A stretch of DNA of 64,000 nucleotides, counting the filler, from Stramenopiles sp. TOSAG23-6 (Eukaryota), in assembly GCA_900128565.1 (NCBI GenBank). It is 17 parts of 17 records of this genome, joined end to end, with 100 filler letters (N's around TTAATTAATTAA, not from the genome) between each part and the next. Parts side by side here need not be neighbours in the genome. Positions count along the whole stretch, not along the records: positions 22,712 to 26,386 come from LT637409.1; positions 26,487 to 30,161 come from LT637410.1; positions 30,262 to 33,935 come from LT637411.1; positions 34,036 to 37,709 come from LT637412.1; 13 more parts are not named here. One strand, written 5' to 3'. The translations under genes and the position numbers were made by a program. Below, piece by piece: positions 23,217 to 35,475 of the stretch. The first letter of the stretch is position 1. The number at the start of each line of letters is the position of its first letter. The notes under the pieces are model-generated. The model made no database searches. It was not told where the DNA came from and worked only from the letters and a program-made list of their open reading frames with translations.

Positions 23217-23930
23217 TCAATTTCTATTTTGTTCTGCTTTAACCCAATTGTAAAATTCTGGGTCTTCTTCATGACTAGTCTTTATATCTATCAAATTCTG
23301 AATATTGTCTTTACCATTTTGTTGTTGATTTGAATATTCATTTAACAGTTTGGAAAATTTATCTGATTTAATAACACACATTTTATCTGATTGGGGTTTT
23401 ATACGGCCAAGGAAACATGTATTTTGGAAAAATATTTGAAAAAAATCTTTAAGTACAAAATTTCGTACGAAAAAAAAATCGAATTTGAAAAAAAAATAAA
23501 ACATACAGCATTTAGCAAAAGACGTTGCAAAAGTTTTTGACTCACGCAAAAATTCATGTTTCATGTAGAAATATTTCGAGCAATATGCTTTGATTGAAGT
23601 TTTAATTTCATATTCTTGTCCATATTTTAGTTCTCTGATATATCTACTTTGTATACTAGCTACTACAGCTGAACTAGGTCCAATAGATGTCGTGTCTCTT
23701 CGATTCTTTAGAATTAGTTCAAAGGCAGAGATTTTTACAAGGTAGTCCCAACGTGCTTGTTCAGCTGCTTCTAAATATCGTGCATTATTCATGTGACCAA
23801 ACATGTCTATATCAAAAAAACGCACTTTGAATAAACGTGTAGTGCTCTCAAGTGGTGATATTTTTCGCTGCCAAAGGGCACGCAGTGTAGTCATAACAGT
23901 GCGACCATAATATGAGAAAATATATCCCAT
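23217..23930 (-). CDS. Thioesterase (4HBT/THEM6-like hotdog fold); family intron at 23417-23506
   Basis: DIDMFGHMNNARY motif. Confidence 0.85.
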   Translation of the reverse strand: MGYIFSYYGRTVMTTLRALWQRKISPLESTTRLFKVRFFDIDMFGHMNNARYLEAAEQARWDYLVKISAFELILKNRRDTTSIGPSSAVVASIQSRYIRELKYGQEYEIKTSIKAYCSKYFYMKHEFLRESKTFATSFAKCCMFYFFFKFDFFFVRNFVLKDFFQIFFQNTCFLGRIKPQSDKMCVIKSDKFSKLLNEYSNQQQNGKDNIQNLIDIKTSHEEDPEFYNWVKAEQNRN

Positions 23931-24306
23931 TTGAAACAAAAATACAATATATTTTACCAGCAAATTATGCAATTATCTCGTGTTGAAAGTCATGGATTGA
24001 AAAAGAAATGGTGATTCTATTCGAGGTGGCGTGGACAAGTGAGTAAAGCTACTACGGTACTCGTGACTAGTGAGTACCAGTATAGGACCTACTAGGTAGC
24101 AAAAGAATCGCAAAAATCACAAAAACCCTAACCCTAATTAATTAGTAGAGATCGCGCATGCAATGACATTGTCAAGTCAAGTCAAGTGAAGTCAAGTCAT
24201 CTGATCTGCATCGCATGACCCCGGCCACATTGTCCACTCCACACACCACGTTCTCTTCTCTTATCATTGCGTCTAGAACAATTTCAATTTCTGGTAGGTC
24301 TTTACA

Positions 24307-24954
24307 ATGTCAGAGTCTAAAACTGCATCCCCCATGGCAAAACTTTTGTTAATGAAGCAATTAAAAGAGTTGAGTTCAGATCCTCCTGAGGGTGTTGAAG
24401 TTTGGTTAGAGGATGATGCTGACTTGTTCAAGTGGAGTTGCAGGTATGTTACAATGTTTAAGTTCACCGTGTCTCCCGTTTTTTCGTCAACATATTTTTC
24501 ATACTCTAAAACATTATATATATATATATATTCTTACTTGTATACAATATTAACATGTATATTAAACACGTACAGTATTATTGGTCCACCTGGTACACCT
24601 TATGAGGGTGGAATATTTACTTGTTTGCTTGAATTCCCGCCAGATTTCCCAAATATGCCTCCAAAAATGATTTTTCAGACCAACATTTGGCACCCAAATA
24701 TCTACAGTGACGGAAGAGTATGTATTAGCATATTACACCCACCAGGAACAGACTCGCATAATCCTGAGGAGCTTGCAGAAGAACGCTGGCGTCCAATTCT
24801 TGGTGTAGAAGCTATCCTAGTATCTGTAATATCTATGCTTGCTGACCCAAATGATAATTCGCCAGCCAACATAGATGCAGCTGTTCAGTGGAGAAAGGAT
24901 CGTGCTGGATATAATAAAGAAGTCAAAAAGTGCGTTGAAAAATCATTATGTTGA
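24307..24954 (+). CDS. Ubiquitin-conjugating enzyme E2 (UBE2G/Ubc7-like) with a canonical GT-AG intron at 24444-24575
   Basis: HPNIYSDGRVCISILHPPG with an acidic-loop insertion; AG|GTATGT...TACAG|T. Confidence 0.93.
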   Translation: MSESKTASPMAKLLLMKQLKELSSDPPEGVEVWLEDDADLFKWSCRYVTMFKFTVSPVFSSTYFSYSKTLYIYIYSYLYTILTCILNTYSIIGPPGTPYEGGIFTCLLEFPPDFPNMPPKMIFQTNIWHPNIYSDGRVCISILHPPGTDSHNPEELAEERWRPILGVEAILVSVISMLADPNDNSPANIDAAVQWRKDRAGYNKEVKKCVEKSLC

Positions 24955-25016
24955 ATATATTTGTTTAAAAAGATAAAATAATGATAATAATACTAATACT
25001 AATAATATTTGACAAA

Positions 25017-25250
25017 TAGCAAAAGACGTTGCAAGAGTTTTTGAATCACGCAAGAAATTAACAATATGCTTTAATTGAAGTTTTCATTTAGATTGAAGTT
25101 TTAATTTCATAGTCTTGTCTATACTTTAGTTCTCTGATATAATAATTATAAATAATATGTCTCACTCTCCGATAGAAAATCACTCAAAATCTATAGTAGT
25201 ATTATGAGAAAATATATACAGTTTGATTATCAAAACAATACAGTAATTTT
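25017..25250 (-). pseudogene. Decayed partial copy of the neighbouring thioesterase gene
   Basis: TAGCAAAAGACGTTGCAA..CACGCAA..ATTGAAGTTTTAATTTCAT..AGTTCTCTGATATA matches 23513-23643 with indels; TATGAGAAAATATAT matches 23911. Confidence 0.7.
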
Positions 25251-25271
25251 ATAGGTAAATATAATCAGCGT

Positions 25272-25411
25272 TTAACAAGTCGACCATACTTTTCTTTCCC
25301 CTTTTTACCTCGGCGTTGTATTCTTACTTCATCAGGTGCTACTTCTTCTTCTTCGCTATCAGAGTACTTCACAGCAATGTCTCCATCATCACAAATCTCA
25401 ATAACAGTTGC
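25272..25411 (-). CDS. Terminal exon with a Tudor-like motif
   Basis: ATVIEICDDGDIAVKYSDSEEEEVAPDEVRI follows an intron end (AATACGT|GCA). Confidence 0.5.
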
Positions 25412-25500
25412 ACGTATTGTGAAAAAATATTTCAAAAAAAAATCGTTAGGTACGAAATTCCGTATGAAAAAATTAAGTTAGAAATTCATATAAAACATAC

Positions 25501-26386
25501 ATGCACGCATCTCTGCTTCTTGTCTTTTGTGATGAGAGTTTCTCATATTTTTTAAACTAACTTTCATTAAAGTCTGGTGCACAGCAGTTCTATTTGCTTC
25601 ATTTTCTCTCACATTTGCCAATTTTAATTCCATATTTTTCTCCTCCAACTTAATCATATAGCATTCCCACTTATTCCACACACGCCATTTCTCTGTACGA
25701 ATCCTTCTACTTACATAAAAAAACATAACCAAAAGAGCCCCTCGTAATTCTAATTGGGATAGTGTCAGACCCATAGCCTCTGCTAACTTTGTAGCTTTTT
25801 GTAGCTGTTGTTGGTGTTTCTCCTTCATTGTACCCACTCTAAGTTGAAAAAGACTCTCTTGCTCTGCTAAAATTCGAGATGTGTTTTCCTTATATTTTTG
25901 TTCTTGGAATTCCAACTGTTTTAAATATTCTTTTTTATTGTTCATAAAACCACGTGCATTCTTCTCTTTTTGAAGCTGAAAACGTTCTTTCCATATTGCA
26001 GATTTCATTGTGTCATATTTACCGAGAATATTTTCAGATTGAAAGTCACTAACGACACTATTATGAGGATTATGAGGTAACGCAGTAGGATTTTGTTGAG
26101 ATGCAGTATGATTTTGTTGAGATGCAGTATGAATTTGATGAGATGCAGTGTGTTTTTGTTGAGATGCAGTGTGCTTTTGATAAGATGCAGTGTGCATTTG
26201 ATGTAATTTCATGTGCCTTTTTTGATGAAAGGGAATGGGTTTGGGTTTTAATGACTTGCCTTCTCCTTCCGAATCTTTCTCTCTCCTCCAACCACGTGCA
26301 CCATAATCTTTCCAATGCGACGTGTGTGAAGGTATAGGTTCCGGTGGAGGTGAAGGTATTGGCGATGTTGATGCTGGTGACATCGG
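25501..26386 (-). CDS. Coiled-coil protein exon with 7-aa HTASQQ repeats (partial)
   Basis: Open frame ending at a GTATGT donor at 25500. Confidence 0.6.
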
Positions 26387-26495
26387 NNNNNNNNNNNNNN
26401 NNNNNNNNNNNNNNNNNNNNNNNNNNNNNNTTAATTAATTAANNNNNNNNNNNNNNNNNNNNNNNNNNNNNNNNNNNNNNNNNNNNAAAAAGTAC

Positions 26496-27226
26496 ATGTA
26501 GATATACATGGGTAATGAATAGGGCGATTTTTCATTGATACGTTGAACAATACCGTCATGCGTCGTTGGCACATAACTACAAAACGTCAATCCCACAGTG
26601 AATGTACCGGCAGATGCGTGTGAGAGGTATGAGAGAGTCATGGCTGTGCCTTGACTATACCCTAGGATACCATAAAATGGTCCTTTTGTGGCCACGACGT
26701 CATCAATTACTGCCAGGGAAGCTGCATCCCAATTTGAATCCTTCGTGTGTGAACCTTTACCACCAGGTGGATCTCTAATCCAGTTAGCAGCAGATGTTTC
26801 TCCCCCTGGTATTGTTCCATCAATTGCATACGGCGCCGTTAGAAAGACAAATTCGTAGGAAGCACCAGCTCTGTTGATTATATCCTGCATACTTTGACGT
26901 AACGCTGGGCCAGTCATTCCTCCACCGTGTAAGCAAAGGATTTTACGACACGGTGGTGAAACACATCCTGTTGTGACTGTACTGCCATGAATTCCTAATG
27001 TGTTACTACTACTACTATCGGAGCTTGCTGCACTCACTGCAATAATTACAATTAGGAGCAACGTCATCAAGGCACAGCATGCAAAGCACTGTCGGTGTTT
27101 TCTTACCGTTTTGATCATCGATTGTGTAAACAAATTTATTCTACTTTNAGATGACACATCTGACTGTGAAGTAACCTCGTTGGTGTTGTCATTAGTAATA
27201 TCTACGACGGGGGCTGATTTCCTCAT
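26496..27226 (-). CDS. FSH1/OVCA2-like serine hydrolase with an N-terminal TM helix (3'-truncated)
   Basis: KILCLHGGG and GPFYGILGYSQG motifs. Confidence 0.85.
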
Positions 27227-27731
27227 TTCAAATTTGAATAAAGGAAAAAAATATTTTTGATGTTATCATAATATATATAGGAATGTTCCTTGGTAATTTT
27301 CAAATTTTTAGTCCGTCCAAAGAAAAAAACGTCAATCGTCAACAAAATTTTTCTTTGGAGTGGTTCGTTCCGCACGAAATAATAATAATAAAAAAAATAT
27401 ATATTTATTTAATATCGTTCAAAAAAGCCATTATTATTATTATTTATTATTTTACTAGGGTTATTTTATATTACAATCTTATTATATTTAGGGTTATATT
27501 ACAATCTTATTATATTTAGGGTTGGGGTTATTTCACTTATTTTTATATTAACAAACCCGTCGTTAAAAAGTATTATAGTATATTAATAAATAGTGGTAGG
27601 TACCGCCGCATCGACTTGTCCTTCAAAGAGCCATCCCACCGCTGAACCAACTCGACTTTTTCCTGATCTTTTAGCACTAGCAGCAATAAGTTTTTCAACT
27701 ACTTCAACATGACCCTTCTCTCTAGCAATCA

Positions 27732-28793
27732 TCAAGCTGCTCTTGTTTGCTTTCGACGATACATAGCTTGAATGCGTACTGCCGCTTCATGTTTACGAAG
27801 TAGTTCAACTACTTTTTTATGACCTCTCAATGAAGCAACATGCAATGGTGTAGCGCCGTCTTTTGCAGCCTTATTGACCTTTGCTTTAGCTTTGAGAAGT
27901 AATTCAACTACTTCAACATGACCTTCAGATGAAGCAAGATGCAATGGGGTATATCCGAGTTTAGTAGCCTGATTGACAACAGCACCACCAGCAATAAGTT
28001 TTTCAACTACTATTGGATGACCATTCTTTGAAGCAACATGCAATGGTGTAGCGCCGTCTTTTGCAGCTAGATTGACATCAATATTCTTCGCTTTGACATC
28101 AATATTCTTCGCTTTGAGAAGTAATTCAACTACTTCAACATGACCTTCAGATGAAGCAATAATCAATGGGGTAATTCCGTCTTTATTAGCATGATTGACA
28201 TCAGCACCACCAGCAATAAGTTTTTCAACTACTATTGGATGACCATTCTTTGAAGCAATAATCAATGGGGTATTTCCGTCTTTATTAGCATGAGAAATAT
28301 TCACCACTTTGAGAAGTTTTTCAATTACTATTGGATGACCATGGGCTGAAGCAATAAACAATGGTGTAAATCCTTTTTTGTTAGCATGATCGACTTCAAT
28401 TTTCTCCACTTTGAGAAGTTCTTCAACTACTATTGGATGACCATAGGCTGAAGCAATATACAACGGGGTATCTTCGTCGTCATCACCCTGATTGACATTA
28501 GCACCATTACCAAGAAGTGCTTTGACAACTTCTGGATGTCCCATCTTTGAAGCAATAATCAATGGTGTAAATCCTTTTTTGTTAGCATGATTGACATCAG
28601 CACCAGCAGCAAGAAGTGCTTCAACTACCATTGGATGACCATTCTTTGAAGCATTATACAATGACCAACGTTTAGCACCTCTAAAAAAACGTTTCACAAA
28701 ACGTTTTTCCTCAACATGTAGAGCATTAGTTGGGTTTACTGCAACTGCGGCAAAAGATACTGCAAATATAAAAATCTTGTTCATGTTGACCAT
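27732..28793 (-). CDS. Ankyrin-repeat protein with a signal-peptide-like N-terminus and an IQ-like C-terminus
   Basis: ~9 G.TPL..AS..GH..VV repeats; AAVRIQAMYRRK. Confidence 0.9.
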   Translation of the reverse strand: MVNMNKIFIFAVSFAAVAVNPTNALHVEEKRFVKRFFRGAKRWSLYNASKNGHPMVVEALLAAGADVNHANKKGFTPLIIASKMGHPEVVKALLGNGANVNQGDDDEDTPLYIASAYGHPIVVEELLKVEKIEVDHANKKGFTPLFIASAHGHPIVIEKLLKVVNISHANKDGNTPLIIASKNGHPIVVEKLIAGGADVNHANKDGITPLIIASSEGHVEVVELLLKAKNIDVKAKNIDVNLAAKDGATPLHVASKNGHPIVVEKLIAGGAVVNQATKLGYTPLHLASSEGHVEVVELLLKAKAKVNKAAKDGATPLHVASLRGHKKVVELLRKHEAAVRIQAMYRRKQTRAA

Positions 28794-29122
28794 TTTACTT
28801 TCTTCTGTAAAGAGTTCAAAGATATGGAAAAGAAATAGGATAATACGTCGAGTAGGCTAGAAGAAAACGTATCCAACTTCTTTCTTCTCTTTGTGTTTTT
28901 GTTTTTTTGTTAAAAACGTATCTTGTTCTTTTTTTTTAACGGTTTTTTTTTTGTTTTTTTACGGATTTCCAATTTCGTGTGTTTACACCAAGTTGTGACA
29001 CAAGTCACACAACTGACTGGTTAGCTATATAAGTAAACGTAATTCTTTATATTCACTCAAACAACAACAATAATACTTTGAACAATTTGTTTTACATAGA
29101 ATTTCTTCAATACTTGATACCA

Positions 29123-29628
29123 ATGTTGCACTTATTTCATCCAGTTCGATTACATCACCGGGTTTTCAAGTGCTTCTTGTTGAGTACGTCAAGTAGTCCA
29201 CCGATAGAGTTAACATCGAGGGCATGTCAGTTGATAGAATCGTGTCCAAAAGATGTGCACATACGTAGGTTTCGTGCACACGGTTGGGACATCTTAGCTG
29301 GTAAAACAGCACATTGTAATGATTGGTTATCTATTGAAGCTTCAAAACGATATCCCTCTGCTCCTTGGTTTCATGTATCGTCACATCCTGGTTCACACGT
29401 TATTGCCCTCCCCATAGAGTCTTCAGTGCCATCTGAACCGTGTAATCCTAAAGTACGAAAGATTGCTGCTGGTATTGCTGCTTATCATAGTAAAATGAGA
29501 CACTCTAAAAAGGTCGTTGTAACATGGACATATTGTAGGGATATTAAAAAGATAAAAAGTACACCTCCAGGTCAGGTTATGTTATCATCTCGGAACGAAG
29601 TATCTGTACAACCAATGAATCCAATCAT
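29123..29628 (+). CDS. NFACT RNA-binding (DUF814) domain protein, first exon
   Basis: ILAGKTAHCNDWLS...WFHVSSHPGSHV...AAYHSK...PPGQV motifs. Confidence 0.8.
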
Positions 29629-29763
29629 GTTTGTTTTATTTTTTATTTTATTTTTTTGGTTAAAAAAAAAAAAAAAAAAAATCGAATTTTTTTTTCATAC
29701 GAAATTTTGTACCTAACAAAATTTTTTAGATTTTTTTTTTTGAAATATTTTTCCAAAATACAT

Positions 29764-30089
29764 ATAAACTTCAAAAAGTTAAAAAAGAAATAAATTCCAC
29801 ATACAAACACTCTACTGGAAACGGTACAGATCTTGAAAATCATAATGAAAATCATAATGAAACTTGGATTGTATGTTGAATTTTTTTTCAATTTTTTTAT
29901 ATAATTTTTTTTTAATTTTTTTTTCGTACGAAATTTCGTACCTAACAAATTTTTTGTTCAAATATTTTTCCAAAATACATGTCGCCAGATCTCTTGAAGA
30001 AGCACAACAAAAAGCAAAGAGTGAATTTAATATTCCTCTAATAAGTGATATTCAAAATGATAATAAGTTAGTATTAGATGGCTATACAT
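29764..30089 (+). CDS. VARS: Two internal exons of valyl-tRNA synthetase (intron 29871-29980)
   Basis: Spliced WI|VARSLEEAQQKAKSEF resembles the ValRS segment that follows the RIPAY motif. Confidence 0.6.
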
Positions 30090-30307
30090 GTATGTTCTTT
30101 TTTTTTTTTTACAAAAAAATTCGATTTTTTTTTTCGTACGAAATTTTGTACCTAACAATTTNNNNNNNNNNNNNNNNNNNNNNNNNNNNNNNNNNNNNNN
30201 NNNNNTTAATTAATTAANNNNNNNNNNNNNNNNNNNNNNNNNNNNNNNNNNNNNNNNNNNNAACAAATTTTAAAAAAAAAAAAATTTAATATTTTTCCAA
30301 AATACAT

Positions 30308-31391
30308 GTCAAGGTCTGATGTAATTTGTCCTATTTTTATAACAAGTAATGTAACTGGACGAGGTGTAACTGATCTTCGTGATTTTTTATCTTTGTTACG
30401 GAAACCACCAACGAAGGAAATTTTTGGGAGTAATCAAAGAAAATCACGAAATCTTGAAAAACTAAAAGCAGAAAAAAGTAATCTTTTGAAAAAAATGAAT
30501 TCTTGTAGTTTGAATGATTCTGTTCTGTCAGCTAATGTTGCAATTGATACAAAGACAAATATGAACAGTGTGAAAAGTACTTTGAAAAGTACTTTGAAAA
30601 AGAAAACGAGTCCTCCACTATCTGCATTTTCTGTTGGAAATAAAAACGAGTTTAATCCACAACCAATTTCAGATGGAACAAATTCTAGTGCTAGTGAAAA
30701 TTCTACTTTAGGCGTTTTTCAAATAGATTCAACATTTAGCGTCGTTGGTGTTGGCTTAGTTGTATCTGGGTCAGTATTTCGTGGAAATTTTACATTAAAT
30801 GATACTGTTATTTTAGGACCTGACAAAGCAGGTCAGTTTGTCCGTGTTGTTATTAGAGGGATTCATTCCAATCGTGTTCCAGTGCCTACTATAGGTGCTG
30901 GTCGTTGTGCTTCTTTTGCTATTCGTTGTGCATCTAAACGAGGTTCTTCGAGATCAATTAGTAGAGACACAATCCGTAAGGGGATGATGTTACTTGATGA
31001 GTCTACACCAAAGGATAAACTATGTGCACGGACATTCGAAGCAGACGTTGTTATNTTACATCACCAATCTACTATTGGAGTTGGCTATGTTCCAGTAATT
31101 CATATAGGATGTGTACGTCAACCTGTTCTAATTACAGAGATTAAGGTTATTGACAAGCGTAAAAAAAGAAAAGTAAATGGAAGTCNTACNATGAATGCAA
31201 ATCTAAATGAACAATCTGTACAATCGACAAGATTGCGTACTGGGGATCGTGCAAAAGTTGTCTTTCAGTTTGTAAATTACGCCGAATATGTTGAATTAGG
31301 TCAGTTATTGTTGTTCAGAGAAGGATCTGCAAAAGGTATGGGTCAAATATCACGTATTATTGAACCGACAGGAACAATCCTGTTGCGATAG
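30308..31391 (+). CDS. GTPBP1/GTPBP2-like translational GTPase, terminal exon
   Basis: PIFITSNVTGRG, FSVVGVGLVVSG, LRTGDRAKVVFQF, LLFREGSAKGMG. Confidence 0.88.
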
Positions 31392-31701
31392 ATTTTTAGA
31401 AGAAAGAATGAAGAAGAGAATGCAGTACTCATGAAAAAGAGTACCTAACAATATATAATGAAAAATGTAGAGGCAATGAACTAAAATAATTTTGTTTTGT
31501 GTATACTANATATAGATATNGAATAGTAATGATATTATAGCTGCTATATATAGATATTGAATAGTAATGATATTATAGCTGCTATATATAGTGTATACTT
31601 AAAATTTATTAGGTACGAAATAATGTATTCCCAATATATTGTACATTGTAATATAAGTAATATAGAATATAATAATTTTTGATTGTTTTATGTTAGAAAA
31701 T

Positions 31702-33845
31702 TTATTTTTCAACATTATTTTCATACCATTGAATTTTCTCTTGCAGAGTTGATATCATCTTTGACTGTTTGTCAGAAGCAACACGAAATCCATTAATTTT
31801 CATATCATGCTCTTTTTTGATGTCTTCAATGTCCTTCGTTTTTTTCTGTATTTCAGATTTCAAAAATGAAATTTCTTTCATATATTTTTCTTTCATTTCG
31901 TCCAATTTTTGAAATGTTTTTTTTTCTTCTTTTCGTTTTAAAATTGCAAAATTTCTCTGAAATTTTAATTTTTCCTCCATAACGCAATTTTGTATTGATT
32001 TATTATTTTCATCAATTGTATTCGATTTCGAAAAATNTGTACCAAATTTTGTAGTTGAGTAATTTTCAATATTTTTTTCAGAGGACGCTATAGCTCTTTT
32101 TCTAGATAATCCAGGTGTTGTAAACCGCAGCGAGGAGTTTGGTGTTGTGACTTGCACATACTTAATATTGTCACTATTACAAGTNACTTCGTGAGNCTGT
32201 TTTTTTATATTTGGTGTTGTTACATTTTCAGGACGTTTCATGATTTCATTGAACTTTTTTTTTGGTGTATACAAACTTACATCATTTACATTATTTTTTT
32301 TATACGAATTTTCATACGAAATTTGATGTTCACTTGTTTTCATAACAGAAACATNTTTTGTACAATTTTGTATAGAACTCATTGCATCAAACTCTCTACG
32401 TGCAAATTCCCAGTCAACTACAAAAAGATCATCATCTATATTATTTCGTGTTTCATTGAAATGTACTGTATTTCGTGTTTCACATGGATTTTGGTACACT
32501 AGAAAATGGTCATTTCCTAAAATAATTCTGTCATTATGAAACAATACAGTAGATGAAAGTTCATTAGTAATTGAATATCCATTGACATATACCACTGCAT
32601 TAGGTGCAGCAAATATTGTCGTTACAAAAACCATTTTATTTTTGTCCAACAAATCAATTTCCTTATTTTTCATGTTTTTTTCAATCAAATCCATTGTCTT
32701 ATTTTTCGTGTTTTTTTCTTCCATCAAATTACCATTTCGACCTGTACCATACATTTCCCTTGCTTCAGAAATAGGTACATGAAAAATTTGTAATACGCAA
32801 TGTTCTGCTAAAATATTTTTGCCAATTAACAAAATGTCAGATTTTGAAGATTTTCGTGTTTTTAGATTTCGTGTTTTTGTGTCCGTTGTCGTAATATGTT
32901 CATGAATTGGTTGAAAATTACTATCACTACCAATACACGTAAATGTACCTAATGGATACTGTAACGATCTTGAAAAGATTGGATCAGGATTTAAATTTAA
33001 TAAAAAAGGAAAAGAATTTTTCAACGAAGAAGTTGTTGGTGACGTCATACTGTCTGGTGACGTCATAGTGTCATTATTTTGTACTACTATATTTTTTTCA
33101 TGTTTTTTTTGAGATGAAATAATTCCTTTTGATACTATTGCATATTCATTAGCCATTGCTATATTGACATTTTCGCTCATCTCAATAATAAGAGCCTCAC
33201 GATCATTTAATGCTTCTCGTAAACGTTGATTTTCTTCTTTCAGTATATTTCGTTTTTCGTGTTTTTCGTATTTTTTATCCAATTTGGAATTTCTATCATT
33301 TAATTTTATTTTCAACTGAAGTATTTCTTGACGTAAATGACGTACTAAAATCATATCATCATTTTCATTCACAGACACACGATTTATGACTTCTTTTGCT
33401 CTTTCTATATAGCGTAACGTATTTAAGGTTTCTTCATAATATATATCTGCAGGGCATATTGTTGCCAACATGAAATTTTGTGAAAATATTTCAAAACATT
33501 TTGATGTTTTTTTGTTAGGTACGAAATGTACTACAAAAAAAAATTTCAATTTTTTTTTACATTAATTTTTTTTGTTTTTTTGTTTTTTTGTTTTTTTGTT
33601 TTTGTTACACATTTGTCTATAAAAATACATATATGAACAACATACATAATTGTTTTTGAATTTCCACCCAATGACTCTTTTAAAAGCCATGTAAGTACAG
33701 AATTTCTATACGGAATAAATGAATTTTTTTTTGTATTTTTAGACGAGAGTGAAAGGATGACGTCACCAAGAGCTGATAATGATTTATTTATACAAACGGC
33801 TTCTTTTGTAGTGCATTGTACTGTATTTCCAGTATTTATACTGAG
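31702..33845 (-). CDS. Kinesin-3-like motor (end of motor domain, FHA-like region, coiled coil); intron at 33470-33645
   Basis: [50 protein letters not shown]. Confidence 0.88.
33470..33645 (-). mobile_element. GT-AT family intron in the kinesin motor domain
   Basis: ATTAT|GTATGT...TTTCAT|GTTG restores KTIMLAT. Confidence 0.85.
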
Positions 33846-34081
33846 AAAATATTGTGCAATAATAATTCTTTGTTAGGTACAATACAAAAATACAAAAATA
33901 CAAAAATACAAAAATACAAAAATACAAAAATACAANNNNNNNNNNNNNNNNNNNNNNNNNNNNNNNNNNNNNNNNNNNNTTAATTAATTAANNNNNNNNN
34001 NNNNNNNNNNNNNNNNNNNNNNNNNNNNNNNNNNNAACAAATTTTAAAAAAAAAAAAATTTAATATTTTTCCAAAATACAT

Positions 34082-35165
34082 GTCAAGGTCTGATGTAATT
34101 TGTCCTATTTTTATAACAAGTAATGTAACTGGACGAGGTGTAACTGATCTTCGTGATTTTTTATCTTTGTTACGGAAACCACCAACGAAGGAAATTTTTG
34201 GGAGTAATCAAAGAAAATCACGAAATCTTGAAAAACTAAAAGCAGAAAAAAGTAATCTTTTGAAAAAAATGAATTCTTGTAGTTTGAATGATTCTGTTCT
34301 GTCAGCTAATGTTGCAATTGATACAAAGACAAATATGAACAGTGTGAAAAGTACTTTGAAAAGTACTTTGAAAAAGAAAACGAGTCCTCCACTATCTGCA
34401 TTTTCTGTTGGAAATAAAAACGAGTTTAATCCACAACCAATTTCAGATGGAACAAATTCTAGTGCTAGTGAAAATTCTACTTTAGGCGTTTTTCAAATAG
34501 ATTCAACATTTAGCGTCGTTGGTGTTGGCTTAGTTGTATCTGGGTCAGTATTTCGTGGAAATTTTACATTAAATGATACTGTTATTTTAGGACCTGACAA
34601 AGCAGGTCAGTTTGTCCGTGTTGTTATTAGAGGGATTCATTCCAATCGTGTTCCAGTGCCTACTATAGGTGCTGGTCGTTGTGCTTCTTTTGCTATTCGT
34701 TGTGCATCTAAACGAGGTTCTTCGAGATCAATTAGTAGAGACACAATCCGTAAGGGGATGATGTTACTTGATGAGTCTACACCAAAGGATAAACTATGTG
34801 CACGGACATTCGAAGCAGACGTTGTTATNTTACATCACCAATCTACTATTGGAGTTGGCTATGTTCCAGTAATTCATATAGGATGTGTACGTCAACCTGT
34901 TCTAATTACAGAGATTAAGGTTATTGACAAGCGTAAAAAAAGAAAAGTAAATGGAAGTCNTACNATGAATGCAAATCTAAATGAACAATCTGTACAATCG
35001 ACAAGATTGCGTACTGGGGATCGTGCAAAAGTTGTCTTTCAGTTTGTAAATTACGCCGAATATGTTGAATTAGGTCAGTTATTGTTGTTCAGAGAAGGAT
35101 CTGCAAAAGGTATGGGTCAAATATCACGTATTATTGAACCGACAGGAACAATCCTGTTGCGATAG
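34082..35165 (+). CDS. GTPBP1/2-like terminal exon (duplicate contig)
   Basis: Identical to 30308-31391. Confidence 0.85.
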
Positions 35166-35475
35166 ATTTTTAGAAGAAAGAATGAAGAAGAGAATGCAGT
35201 ACTCATGAAAAAGAGTACCTAACAATATATAATGAAAAATGTAGAGGCAATGAACTAAAATAATTTTGTTTTGTGTATACTANATATAGATATNGAATAN
35301 TAATGATATTATAGCTGCTATATATAGATATTGAATAGTAATGATATTATAGCTGCTATATATAGTGTATACTTAAAATTTATTAGGTACGAAATAATGT
35401 ATTCCCAATATATTGTACATTGTAATATAAGTAATATAGAATATAATAATTTTTGATTGTTTTATGTTAGAAAAT

